Shown here one piece after another: positions 7,387 through 15,982 of a stretch of DNA of 55,389 nt. Below the pieces are notes generated by a model. It was not told the origin of the DNA and did no database searches. It worked only from the letters and a program-made list of their open reading frames with translations. The stretch is from IMG/VR virus record IMGVR_UViG_3300036826_000033, positions 1 to 55,389 of that record. One strand, given 5' to 3'. Each line of letters starts with the position of its first letter. Position 1 is the stretch's first letter. The DNA is from a virus. Lineage: Duplodnaviria > Caudoviricetes. The position numbers and the translations under genes are program-made.

Positions 7387-8825
7387 GCTTTCGGCAGCCT
7401 CCCTTCGCGTCCGAGCTGCATCGCTTTCGCTGCGAGTTTCGTGAGCGCTCTGTAGTAGTGCTCATCGAGATGGTTCGACTCGTAGTGATGCCCGAACTCA
7501 TGGATGATCAGATCGTCGATGCGCAGCTGATTCGTGTCGAGATCGAACCACTTGCGACCGAGATTGCGCACGTTGAACGACAGACTGCGTCCGCCCCAGC
7601 TCGCGTTCTCATACGATGCCTGCTTGCAGAAGCGCACAGTGATCGAGCAGCCGAGCAGAAGCTCAGCGAGCTTCAGTGCATACGCTGCGACGCGTTTCAT
7701 GTTCTCATCGGGTTCGACCGGCTCAGTCGCAATCGATTTCTCTGGCTGTGTCGGAAACAGCTGCCCAGCGGGCTGAATTGCTTCGTGCTCTTTGACGTTG
7801 TCCCACGCGGCGCCACTCAGCATCCCGCCAGTCACGACTGTGTAGCCGTGCGCGGTCGCTGTGCGATTCGCCTCTGGGTCGCTCATGTCGAAGCTGACGC
7901 GTTTCTCGCCGAATTTGTTCGTCATGAATGACTGCACTGCTTCAGGCGCGATGTCGTGCTGCTCAATCGCTTTTTGCACCCACGTTTCATTCGTCTGTTC
8001 AACACTCAGCTCAGCGTGCGTGACGTTCATCACTTCGAGCGCGAGACGTTTCTTGAAATAGCCCGACAACGTGTTCTTGCGATCAAGCGTCACTGGCACT
8101 TTCTGCATCACGTCACAGTGAAAAGCGCAGTCGATCTTGCAGATCGGGATTCCCATCTCGTAGAGCGTCGGCATTTCGCCATCGCGCGGTTCGTGCAGAT
8201 GAATCTGCGTCTTGCGACTTGTGCGGCGAAAATGCCGCTCAGAGTCTTCGACGTAGGTTTCCATGACTGCTTCAATCGTGTGCTTTGGTTCGCGTGTCGC
8301 GATGTAGGCGTCGTTGAACACAGTCACGATCTCAGCTGGCGCGAGCAGCGTCGACATCTTGCGCGTGACACGCTCGAAGTCTTTGCTGTTCATCTCGATC
8401 TCAGCTTCGAAGATCGAGCCTGCTTTCGTGCAATCGCTTTCTTGTCTGCGATTGCCGTCACTGTCAAAGAACACACTGCCTTTCGTCGTCTTGATCGACG
8501 CGCGCTTGCAGATCGCGAGCACGAGCTTTTCGCCAAGATTGAAACGACCGCGCTGCCGCGGGTTCGCTTTCTTTGTGCTCTCAGCGAAGAGCGTGTAGGC
8601 GTGATGTAAGTATTTGAATCCTTCCGGCGCGTCATCGATCACAGTCAACTTCGCGTGCCCGTTTGAAGCAGGTTTCAGGGTTATCTCAACGCGAGTGACG
8701 CCTGCTTCGTCCCATGCGTTCTGCACAAGCTCGTAGAGCGCGAACTCTTTGCCGCGATCTTCGAGCAGTTTCTTCAGCCCAGCTCGATCAACGTCGAACC
8801 ATGGCTGCTTCGATTCATTTCTCAT
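7383..8825 (-). CDS. GHKL (MORC/Hsp90-like) ATPase with C-terminal HExxH metallopeptidase-like motif
   Basis: ELVQNAWDE (N box), VIDDAPEGF (G1), RGRFNLGEK (G2); IIHEFGHHYESNH near the C-terminus. Confidence 0.8.
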   Translation of the reverse strand: MRNESKQPWFDVDRAGLKKLLEDRGKEFALYELVQNAWDEAGVTRVEITLKPASNGHAKLTVIDDAPEGFKYLHHAYTLFAESTKKANPRQRGRFNLGEKLVLAICKRASIKTTKGSVFFDSDGNRRQESDCTKAGSIFEAEIEMNSKDFERVTRKMSTLLAPAEIVTVFNDAYIATREPKHTIEAVMETYVEDSERHFRRTSRKTQIHLHEPRDGEMPTLYEMGIPICKIDCAFHCDVMQKVPVTLDRKNTLSGYFKKRLALEVMNVTHAELSVEQTNETWVQKAIEQHDIAPEAVQSFMTNKFGEKRVSFDMSDPEANRTATAHGYTVVTGGMLSGAAWDNVKEHEAIQPAGQLFPTQPEKSIATEPVEPDENMKRVAAYALKLAELLLGCSITVRFCKQASYENASWGGRSLSFNVRNLGRKWFDLDTNQLRIDDLIIHEFGHHYESNHLDEHYYRALTKLAAKAMQLGREGRLPKA

Positions 8826-8861
8826 AGTATATCAATCTCGCACAAGTGAAAAAGTTGTCAA
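8826..8861 (-). promoter_or_regulatory. Early promoter motif (copy 1)
   Basis: Minus strand TTGACA-N10-TTGTGC-GAGATT-N8-ATG. Confidence 0.7.
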
Positions 8862-8878
8862 ATAGAAAAAAACACGCG

Positions 8879-9127
8879 TCAATCTCGATGCTCTTGCACG
8901 CGCGTCTTGAACTCGTGCAGCTGTTTTTCGAGCTGCATCAGTTCTTTGAGTCCTTCGTCGTCGCTGAGCATCGTCATCGAGAGCAAGTGATAGTGAATGA
9001 TCGCTGCAGCTGCGAACCAGACACGACGACTCTCACGATACTGCGCTGACATCTCGCTGACGCTCGGATTCACTTTGCGCATATACTGCTCGAATGCGTC
9101 GTCGAGATCGAGTGATTGAAAGCTCAT
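8879..9127 (-). CDS. Hypothetical protein
   Basis: MSFQSLDL...QYRESRRVWFAAA. Confidence 0.6.
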   Translation of the reverse strand: MSFQSLDLDDAFEQYMRKVNPSVSEMSAQYRESRRVWFAAAAIIHYHLLSMTMLSDDEGLKELMQLEKQLHEFKTRVQEHRD

Positions 9128-9259
9128 GTGTTGCGTTGTTGTTGTCTGCGCGTTCTCTGCGTTCGCGCATGATTTTTTCGATGTGCACCAAGCAGACGAC
9201 GATCGCAAACAATGCGAAGTCGATTGTGACGATGTCATAGATCAAGTGGAAGATGCTGT

Positions 9260-10219
9260 TCATGGTGATGTTAATACGCAGTCCGGCGCGCCGCCGACTG
9301 GTTCCAAGATGCGATAGATTTGTTTGCCGCCGATATCCATCCATTCTTTCGGCCCCACCCACGTCGCGCGACGTCGACGAGTCTGACCGCGCGCGTATGT
9401 GTAGCGCTGATGCCTGTAGGTCACATCATGCGCGCGTCGATCATGCGCCATGCGCTTGATCTCTTCGTCGCGGTCGACAGTGACGCGTGCGCCCTCAGCG
9501 ATGTCTTTCTTGTTCGCAGGATGCCCGTGGCAGATCAGCGTGTAGTGCGAGCGCGCACGAACCCATTCGACGCTTTTGCCTTGCTTGTTCGGGCGAACTG
9601 TCGCGATGTGAGTTGTCGGCATGTTCGCGTCAAACAAGAACGCAGCGATTGCGCCAATCGCGCCGCTGACGAGCTGCTGAACGCCGGGACTCACACTGTC
9701 ATCGAGTGACACCCACTTGCCGTCGACCCAGAGCGCGCTGTTGTAGAAATAAGCACCGTCTGTTTTTCCATTCGGGTCGTGGCGCAGATTCGCGATGATC
9801 AAATAGAGTGGCATCGGCAAGACCGGATAGCCAGCTCGATGACGTTCTTCTCTGTCCCAGAGTTCTTTGATCTCGACGACGACGAACATCTCAGCGCGTT
9901 CGCGTGCGATGATCATGTTCGTGCGATACGTGCCGTGGCCGAGTTCGTGATTGCCGTCTTTCCACGGCACAGCTGTCTCAGTCACTGCGAGTCGGAATGT
10001 TTCGAATGGCATCTGCATCTCTTCGAGCGCTTCAGCTTGAATGTTCCATGCGTCGAGTCCGCCAAGCTCGCGCTTGATCAGATCGCGCTCGTGCTCGTAG
10101 GTCGTCACGTAGTCGAAGAGCGGAGCTGACTGCCAGTCGCCGAGCACGCGCAAGTGAGCTTGATGCGGAAATGCCGCGAGAGCGCGTGCGAGTCCGTCGT
10201 TGAATGTTGTCGGGTTCAT
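9260..10219 (-). CDS. Hypothetical phage protein with C-terminal HDRRAH...WVGP motif
   Basis: Long ORF starting MNPTTF, ATGA overlap with upstream gene. Confidence 0.75.
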   Translation of the reverse strand: MNPTTFNDGLARALAAFPHQAHLRVLGDWQSAPLFDYVTTYEHERDLIKRELGGLDAWNIQAEALEEMQMPFETFRLAVTETAVPWKDGNHELGHGTYRTNMIIARERAEMFVVVEIKELWDREERHRAGYPVLPMPLYLIIANLRHDPNGKTDGAYFYNSALWVDGKWVSLDDSVSPGVQQLVSGAIGAIAAFLFDANMPTTHIATVRPNKQGKSVEWVRARSHYTLICHGHPANKKDIAEGARVTVDRDEEIKRMAHDRRAHDVTYRHQRYTYARGQTRRRRATWVGPKEWMDIGGKQIYRILEPVGGAPDCVLTSP

Positions 10220-10413
10220 TGTTCGAGACCAAGCGCTTTGCGAATGTCGCGTCGCAATTCTTCGCGCACGCGTTCGCAGCTGTTGTTGCAAAACATCGAG
10301 ACAGGCCAGAAGAGCTGATCTTCGAGTTCGACAGTCCACTTGTCGCCAAGCGCGATGCGCAGCGTGTTGCGCAGACTGTGCGGGTCGTAGGTGACTTCGT
10401 TCTTCGCGTTCAT
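10216..10413 (-). CDS. Hypothetical protein
   Basis: Coupled overlaps on both sides. Confidence 0.6.
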   Translation of the reverse strand: MNAKNEVTYDPHSLRNTLRIALGDKWTVELEDQLFWPVSMFCNNSCERVREELRRDIRKALGLEQ

Positions 10414-10685
10414 TGTCGTTTCAAAGGCAAGAACGGTCCCATCGCTTTAATCCAGCGCTGCACTTCGTCGTCACGCAGCAAGTTGAAAAACGTCTCACGG
10501 TCGAGATTGCGTCCATCTGGCGAGAGCGTCTCGTCAGCATGAACGATCAGACTGCCGAGTTTTGTCAGCAGCTGCAGACTCGGTTTGAGTGCGCGCTTGA
10601 ACTCGACCTCGCGTTCGCTCGCATCGCTCTGCGCGTCAGCTTGCGCGACGCCGGGCGTGATGTGTTTCGTTGATCGCTTTTTCAT
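10410..10685 (-). CDS. Hypothetical protein
   Basis: LLTKLGSLIVHADE...FLPLKR. Confidence 0.65.
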   Translation of the reverse strand: MKKRSTKHITPGVAQADAQSDASEREVEFKRALKPSLQLLTKLGSLIVHADETLSPDGRNLDRETFFNLLRDDEVQRWIKAMGPFLPLKRQ

Positions 10686-10746
10686 TTCGCGAGCAAGATC
10701 GCCAGCAGCAGTCGCTTGTAGGCGCGATTGATTCGTCGATTCTTTT

Positions 10747-11010
10747 TCATGTGTTTTTCTCTTTCTGGTTGTCGCGCTCGAAGCGCAGTTTCTTGTCGAG
10801 CAACCCGTGCTCGATTGCGTGATTGATCAGCTTCGACATGCTCATGACGAAGTGACGCCCGTTCGGTGCGCGCAGCAAGATCGCGCCAGTCGGCACAATC
10901 CCGCTGAACTCAATCTTGAACTCTTTGCCGCCGATTTCTGCGATTGCGTGCCCGCCTTGCATTGTCATGTAGAGATGACCGGCATTGATCTTTTCGCCGT
11001 CAGTCGTCAT
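10747..11010 (-). CDS. Hypothetical protein
   Basis: MTTDGEK...; start could be 11079. Confidence 0.6.
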   Translation of the reverse strand: MTTDGEKINAGHLYMTMQGGHAIAEIGGKEFKIEFSGIVPTGAILLRAPNGRHFVMSMSKLINHAIEHGLLDKKLRFERDNQKEKNT

Positions 11011-11083
11011 GTCAGCATCTTTGCCAGTCGACATCGACGGCGCTATATTTCGCAGTGATCTGCTTCGATTCAGTTTCATTCAT

Positions 11084-11117
11084 GACTAGAAATTCGCACA
11101 AGTAGAAAAGAACACAA
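11084..11117 (-). promoter_or_regulatory. Early promoter motif (copy 2)
   Basis: TTGTGT-N10-TTGTGC-GAATTT-N6-ATG(11083). Confidence 0.6.
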
Positions 11118-11126
11118 GCACTTTCT

Positions 11127-11408
11127 TCAACTATTTTTGGCAACGTTCGAGTGAACATATTTCTCTGGGAGCCAGCACGCGCTGATCGAACCGAGAACGT
11201 GACCGATTGGCCATGGCGTGTTTTCGTCGCGCTCAGTGATGCGCACGTCGACATTCCACTTCATGCGCGACGCGCGAATGCGAGTGACGACGCCGCGCAT
11301 CTTGCAGCTGCCGTAGTCAGCGCCGAGATGAGCGATCGATTTGACGCGATCACCGACTCGGAATGGTTGCAGCTCGCCAGTCAGACGATTGATGCGCAGC
11401 TTTTTCAT
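11127..11408 (-). CDS. Hypothetical protein (SH3/KOW-like FRVGDRV motif)
   Basis: FRVGDRVKS...GVVTRI. Confidence 0.6.
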   Translation of the reverse strand: MKKLRINRLTGELQPFRVGDRVKSIAHLGADYGSCKMRGVVTRIRASRMKWNVDVRITERDENTPWPIGHVLGSISACWLPEKYVHSNVAKNS

Positions 11409-11755
11409 CCTGCGAAAAAATCAGTGATTGCGTCGCGCTCTTCGTCGCTCTCAGCTGCGTCGAGCAGCTTGCCGACATACGACATCTCAGCAGCTTCGAA
11501 TTGCGTGTAGCCGTATCTGTCGAAGAACGCGCGACCTTCAGCGTCGAGCGGAGAACCATCTGGGTTCAGCGGATATTCTTTCAGCACCCAGAGCGCTCTG
11601 CACTTGTTCTTGCGCTGCGCATCGCGACAGCTCTTGCAGAGCGTGAGACCGTCTTTCTTGCTGTAGCGCGCGCCGCGATTGCCGCAGACGCGCGCCTCGC
11701 ACCAAGCGATTGGACGCTCAAGCCCTGCCCAGTATGCTGATCTGCCTCTGCTCAT
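11405..11755 (-). CDS. Hypothetical Cys-containing protein
   Basis: CEARVC...LCKSC; ATGA overlaps. Confidence 0.6.
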   Translation of the reverse strand: MSRGRSAYWAGLERPIAWCEARVCGNRGARYSKKDGLTLCKSCRDAQRKNKCRALWVLKEYPLNPDGSPLDAEGRAFFDRYGYTQFEAAEMSYVGKLLDAAESDEERDAITDFFAG

Positions 11756-12444
11756 TGAATTGCGCTCTGTCTGATTGATCGCGCCGGGATTGCCCACAAG
11801 CGACCATCTTCAGCTTTGAAGAAAGCGTGCAGCATCAGTTTGCCGTTCATGTAGGGGCCGCAACCGCTGCAGACTTTGTCTTCGAGTTTCACGACTTCGC
11901 AGATGTCGCCTTTTTTGCCGCCGATCAGAACGCGCGAGCCAACTTTCAGCTGCTTGCGCTCTTCACGAGTGACTGGCGTCAGTTCTTTCCCGTGACGCAT
12001 CTCGATCATCTGCTCAAGCATGTCTGCGTGACTGCGAGCACCACGAGCGTCGCCGAGCGCGCGATAGATCGCAGCTTTGAGCTGCTCAGCTTGCTGCCAT
12101 GATTGCAGCTCAGCACGTTCGCATTCGACTTTTTTCGTGGGGCCGAAGCGACGCTCAGTCAGTTTGACTGTCTTCATCCATTTCGGTTCGACGGCGCCAG
12201 CTTCAAGATCAGCTGCGAGCTTGTCAGCAGCTGGCGCGACTTTCTCGCGCAGATCGACAATGATTGCTTCAGTCAGCGTCTTTTCAAGTTCGAGCGGTTT
12301 GCAGCCCGAACCCATGCAAGTGCCGCTGAAAAAACCCCACTCGACCGTGTAGCCATGCTTCGCGAGATAACCGTCGACCATCACTGCTTGCTGACGACCG
12401 CACGCTTGGCAGCTGCCGCGATGTGTGTGCTGTCGCGATGTCAT
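11752..12444 (-). CDS. Hypothetical phage protein (N-terminal CQACGR...HGY...C zinc motif)
   Basis: HRGSCQACGR, LAKHGYTV, FSGTCMGS. Confidence 0.75.
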   Translation of the reverse strand: MTSRQHTHRGSCQACGRQQAVMVDGYLAKHGYTVEWGFFSGTCMGSGCKPLELEKTLTEAIIVDLREKVAPAADKLAADLEAGAVEPKWMKTVKLTERRFGPTKKVECERAELQSWQQAEQLKAAIYRALGDARGARSHADMLEQMIEMRHGKELTPVTREERKQLKVGSRVLIGGKKGDICEVVKLEDKVCSGCGPYMNGKLMLHAFFKAEDGRLWAIPARSIRQSAIQ

Positions 12445-12800
12445 TGAGGCCTCCCTTCGGGATTGAAGCACGCGACTGCATTGCTGAATTTCGCTGCGCG
12501 CTTCATCGCGCGAGCGTCGTCTTTGCGCTGCTTCTCAGCGATCAGTTCAACCAAGCGCACATACTCAGCGCTGCCCTCGAAAAAGCGCACATGATCGTTC
12601 TCGAAGTAGTCAGTCATCATGTCGCTGTTGTTGATTGGTCGCAGCTGCGCTGGCAGCCCGGTCAAGATCGACTTCGCATAAAGCGTGACGCATGTGCGAC
12701 CGTCGATCAGTGTGACGTGCGAATACCAGCAAGGATAGAATTTGCCAGCGGCGCGCACGCCGTTCAGAAGGAATTTCACTGCATTCGATTCATTGTTCAT
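12441..12800 (-). CDS. Hypothetical phage protein
   Basis: VKFLLNGVR...YPCWYS...NNSDMMTDYFENDHVR; directly after the promoter motif. Confidence 0.75.
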   Translation of the reverse strand: MNNESNAVKFLLNGVRAAGKFYPCWYSHVTLIDGRTCVTLYAKSILTGLPAQLRPINNSDMMTDYFENDHVRFFEGSAEYVRLVELIAEKQRKDDARAMKRAAKFSNAVACFNPEGRPQ

Positions 12801-12843
12801 GCAGAGAACATCGCACAAAGACACAAGTGCGCAAGTAGAAAAT
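12801..12843 (-). promoter_or_regulatory. Early promoter motif (copy 3)
   Basis: TTGCGC-N10-TTGTGC-GATGTT-N6-ATG. Confidence 0.7.
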
Positions 12844-12884
12844 TGGCAAAAACAACGTTTTTTTCGCTCTCAGAGCGTGCTCAA

Positions 12885-12897
12885 TATCAACAACTTA
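12885..12897 (+). promoter_or_regulatory. IHF-like binding site
   Basis: TATCAACAACTTA matches WATCAANNNNTTR; intergenic, near A/T tracts. Confidence 0.4.
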
Positions 12898-12910
12898 CGG
12901 ATGAACGCTC

Positions 12911-13729
12911 TCAGCGACCGAGATTGACGAAGCAAATCGGTTGCCGCAGCGTCAGAATCGTCGACTGCAACCAAGCGTATGCAGTCAGCTCCCAGCTCTT
13001 GCTGATTGGCCACAGAGCATCCTCGTGCGCTGGCGCGTGCTTGTGCTCGATCACTTCAAGACGCACGTCGCGTCCGTTGTTCTCTTCGATTGTTCTTCTC
13101 ACGCTCTCAGCTGGGCGATGCGCGATTGCGTAAATCTTGCAGCGCTCAGACTTCACAGCGCGAGCGATGCACGCGCAAGCGGTACCACTGCCAGCGGGCA
13201 CGACATACGTCGCCGCGTCAGGCAACGGGTTGCGCCTGAAAAGCTCAGTCTGCAGCTCGACGAACGCGGGCACATTGACGCCCATCGGCAACATGAGACC
13301 GCGCTCGCCGTCGCGCTCGTGCAGAATCTTGCGCGTCACAGCGAAGTTGATCGCGTAGTGATTCGGGTTCAAAAAGTAGATGTCGCCGTGCATCTTTTCA
13401 GCCCACGGCAACAACTGTTTGATCTTCGGATGCGTGATCAGCGTGCGCACACCGAACAAGTCGCAGCAGCGCTTCAGATCAGCGACCCAGAAACTTTCTT
13501 TGATCGCGTAGTAGGCGAGCGACTCGAAACCGGAGCTTTTCACCCAGCGGCAGAACGCTGGCATGACTGCGCACTTCACAAACGGCGACAAATCCTCGAG
13601 GACGCAATCGTCAGCGCGATACACGAGCACGGGTTCGCCGCTGACTTCGTGATCTTCAGTTTCGATTGAATGCTTGACTGCAAACGTCGCAGACTTAACG
13701 TCGACCGCCGGATGAAAAAGTGAGTTCAT
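12911..13729 (-). CDS. PLP-dependent fold-type-II enzyme (ACC deaminase/TrpB-like), resembling phage DNA-hypermodification decarboxylases
   Basis: VLVYRADDC...SPFVK (candidate Schiff-base Lys), VVPAGSGTAC (phosphate loop), WPISKSWE, ICFVNLG. Confidence 0.65.
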   Translation of the reverse strand: MNSLFHPAVDVKSATFAVKHSIETEDHEVSGEPVLVYRADDCVLEDLSPFVKCAVMPAFCRWVKSSGFESLAYYAIKESFWVADLKRCCDLFGVRTLITHPKIKQLLPWAEKMHGDIYFLNPNHYAINFAVTRKILHERDGERGLMLPMGVNVPAFVELQTELFRRNPLPDAATYVVPAGSGTACACIARAVKSERCKIYAIAHRPAESVRRTIEENNGRDVRLEVIEHKHAPAHEDALWPISKSWELTAYAWLQSTILTLRQPICFVNLGR

Positions 13730-13749
13730 GTGTTGTTGTCTCTGAGAAG

Positions 13750-13786
13750 AAAAAAGCGCGCCGCCCGATTGCTCGAAGCGGCGCGC
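13750..13786 (-). terminator. Intrinsic terminator after the DUF932 gene
   Basis: Minus strand GCGCGCCGCTTCGA-GCAA-TCGGGCGGCGCGC followed by TTTTTT. Confidence 0.8.
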
Positions 13787-13828
13787 CCTCAGTCAATGGC
13801 TAGTTTGACTGGTTGTCATCTTTCTCAA

Positions 13829-14635
13829 TTAGTTCAAGCCATGAACGTTCTCAATCATGCCGTCGCCGTCATCGATGACAGTCGCCTGCGCGCTCTTGAG
13901 CACGAGACCGACTTGCGCGTCGAACAAACCGTGCAAACGCTGAGTGCGTCTTGAGAGTTCGTTGAGCTGCAAGCCCTTCATCACGTCGGTGAAGCTGTTG
14001 AACAGCGACCACGCGGTGCGCGGCGCGAACTCGTCATGCTTCGGATGACGCCATTCTTGCAGCAGCGGCGGGACTTGCGTCGATGTCGCAGCGCGCGCGT
14101 CGATCGCGCGAACGATCAGATCGTGCGCTTGCATGTCTGAAAGTTCGAATTGCTTGTAGGCTTCGATGCGTGTGTCTTGATCGTGCCAGCGCGAAACGAG
14201 CTGACCGATTGATGTCTGCACGAGACCCGGCAAATCGCGCATGATGTGAACAGTGTGCTTGCGCGTCATGCGAATCTCGCCACTGAAGCTGAGATTGTCG
14301 CAGACGAACACTGACGCACCAACAACGAGACCAGCAGGGAAGCTCTTGTCGTGCGAATTGCGCAAACCGAGCACCCACGCATAGTCCTCAGAGTTGTGAC
14401 CGTTCGCGATCTGCATCAGCCCGAAGTAGCGATTGCCGCCGCGCGTCAGGCTGTGTGTCTGATTGACGATTGAAAGTCCGTCTGATTTGAGCGTGTCTTC
14501 GACGCGCTCGATCAGTGCGGTGTGAGGGATTGGCGTCCATGTATCTGTCGCGTCTGGCGTCGGGACGATCTCGACGTCAGCTCGTTCGACTTTTGATGCT
14601 CCGCAGTGGAGAATCAGGTCTGTCTGTTTATTCAT
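13829..14635 (-). CDS. DUF932 family protein
   Basis: TDTWTPIPH, LGLRNSHDKSF, VFVCDNL, RTAWSLFN. Confidence 0.85.
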   Translation of the reverse strand: MNKQTDLILHCGASKVERADVEIVPTPDATDTWTPIPHTALIERVEDTLKSDGLSIVNQTHSLTRGGNRYFGLMQIANGHNSEDYAWVLGLRNSHDKSFPAGLVVGASVFVCDNLSFSGEIRMTRKHTVHIMRDLPGLVQTSIGQLVSRWHDQDTRIEAYKQFELSDMQAHDLIVRAIDARAATSTQVPPLLQEWRHPKHDEFAPRTAWSLFNSFTDVMKGLQLNELSRRTQRLHGLFDAQVGLVLKSAQATVIDDGDGMIENVHGLN

Positions 14636-14670
14636 GACGTTGAATTAAGCACAAGCAGAAACGTGTGCAA
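14636..14670 (-). promoter_or_regulatory. Early promoter motif (copy 4)
   Basis: TTGCAC-N10-TTGTGC-TTAATT-N7-ATG. Confidence 0.65.
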
Positions 14671-14704
14671 GTGTTTTTTTCTACTTTTTTTTGGGCTGCA
14701 AAAA

Positions 14705-14974
14705 TCACGGGTTTTCGAGCGTCAAACTGAGCAGATTTTCAGGCAGCTTGTGATCAGGCACGACTGCGAGATGCGTGTCAGCTTCGACTTCGAGACTGAT
14801 CGCGCTCAGCTGCACATTGACGATGAATCCCTTCGTCGTGCCGACAAATCCCTGCGGCATTTCCATGTAGAGTTTCGCGGGAATGATCTGTCGCATCGTG
14901 ACATTGCCAGTCGGCTTGATCAGCAACCATTTCACGTCGAGCTGCGCTTCACCGAGCAGCAAAAATCGCTTCAC
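14705..14974 (-). CDS. Hypothetical protein
   Basis: 89-aa ORF in the leftward chain. Confidence 0.55.
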   Translation of the reverse strand: MKRFLLLGEAQLDVKWLLIKPTGNVTMRQIIPAKLYMEMPQGFVGTTKGFIVNVQLSAISLEVEADTHLAVVPDHKLPENLLSLTLENP

Positions 14975-14979
14975 GATTT

Positions 14980-15225
14980 TCAGTGCTTGACGCCGACGAC
15001 GTTGTTCTTTTCAAACATCAATCCGTTCGGATAGATGTCGATCTCGCGCTTGCCATTGATGATGCGCGACGTCGGCACACCCTGCACAGCACCGATCTGT
15101 TGACGTTCGATGATGTAGTTGTGCAGCTCGTGACGTCGTTCGCAGCGCTCGCGACGATGATCGTCAGCTCTACTGAGTGCCGCGGCGCTCAGTAGAATCA
15201 GCAGGATTGCATTCAGTGTTTTCAT
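14980..15225 (-). CDS. Putative secreted protein (signal peptide)
   Basis: MKTLNAILLILLSAAALSRA N-terminus. Confidence 0.6.
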   Translation of the reverse strand: MKTLNAILLILLSAAALSRADDHRRERCERRHELHNYIIERQQIGAVQGVPTSRIINGKREIDIYPNGLMFEKNNVVGVKH

Positions 15226-15337
15226 GTGTTCAGTTCTCTTTCTTGTTGTTGTTTGAAAAATTGAGCTTCGTCGTCGCCGCTGCTGAGTCTGCGCGACAAA
15301 CACACGTCTCAACAGAGGACGACGACGAAGTTGGAAA

Positions 15338-15450
15338 GGGTGCCCGCGCCGTGGATTGAACTCGCGCTGCGGGCTTGCGCTTAGGATGCGCGCCGGGGAA
15401 AACGGTTAAAACCCGACGACTTACTGTTCTAGGCTCTACACGGCTCACCA
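15338..15450 (-). ncRNA. Candidate structured ncRNA with tRNA-like elements
   Basis: Intergenic; GGTG/CACC and GCCGTG/CACGGC closing helices; CGG-GTTTTAA-CCG anticodon-like loop; G-TTCAATC-C T-loop. Confidence 0.35.
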
Positions 15451-15464
15451 GAGTCATCTGAGAA

Positions 15465-15728
15465 TCAGAGCGACAGCTCAGGCAGACCGAGCAACGCTTT
15501 CAAGCGTCGCACTGCGGTCAAGTTTTTGCCAATCGAAATGCCGAAGCTCGTCGCTCTGATCTTTCTGCCGCTGCGAAATGCCTTGTCAGCTTGTTCGCGC
15601 AGCTGCAGTGATCGTTGCTCAAGCACGTCGAGAGCAGACTTCACAGTCATCCCTCGCGGCATCGGGCGTCGTTTCGACCCAAACTTTGCGCGCTGTTGAG
15701 TCTTCAGCGTTTTTGCCAATTTGTTCAT
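15465..15728 (-). CDS. Basic hypothetical protein
   Basis: Lys/Arg-rich; TGATG coupling. Confidence 0.6.
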   Translation of the reverse strand: MNKLAKTLKTQQRAKFGSKRRPMPRGMTVKSALDVLEQRSLQLREQADKAFRSGRKIRATSFGISIGKNLTAVRRLKALLGLPELSL

Positions 15729-15982
15729 CACTTAGTTCTCCGACTTTTGCCAACTGAAGTTTCTGTTTTTGCCAACTTTTTTCGCAGCTTCTGTTTTTGC
15801 TCGCGCATGATGATCGCGTCTTGAAAGAGTCGCAGCACAGTCGAATAGCCGAGCGACATCGCAATGCGCAGCGGCGTCACTACCAGATCGTCGCAGCGCT
15901 CGCAGCAATCGCGCTCAGTGACTGGAAACGCGCTGCACGCGTGCGTGCTGTAGTTCTCACGACAAATCGAGCACGTTCTCAT
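15728..15982 (-). CDS. Zinc-finger hypothetical protein
   Basis: CSIC...AFPV...CCERCD..VVTPLR. Confidence 0.7.
   Translation of the reverse strand: MRTCSICRENYSTHACSAFPVTERDCCERCDDLVVTPLRIAMSLGYSTVLRLFQDAIIMREQKQKLRKKLAKTETSVGKSRRTK

Noticed and set aside
15338-15450. Canonical tRNA-Lys or suppressor tRNA
   Set aside because: T and anticodon stems are mismatched, there is no clean cloverleaf and no terminal CCA; kept only as a tRNA-like candidate
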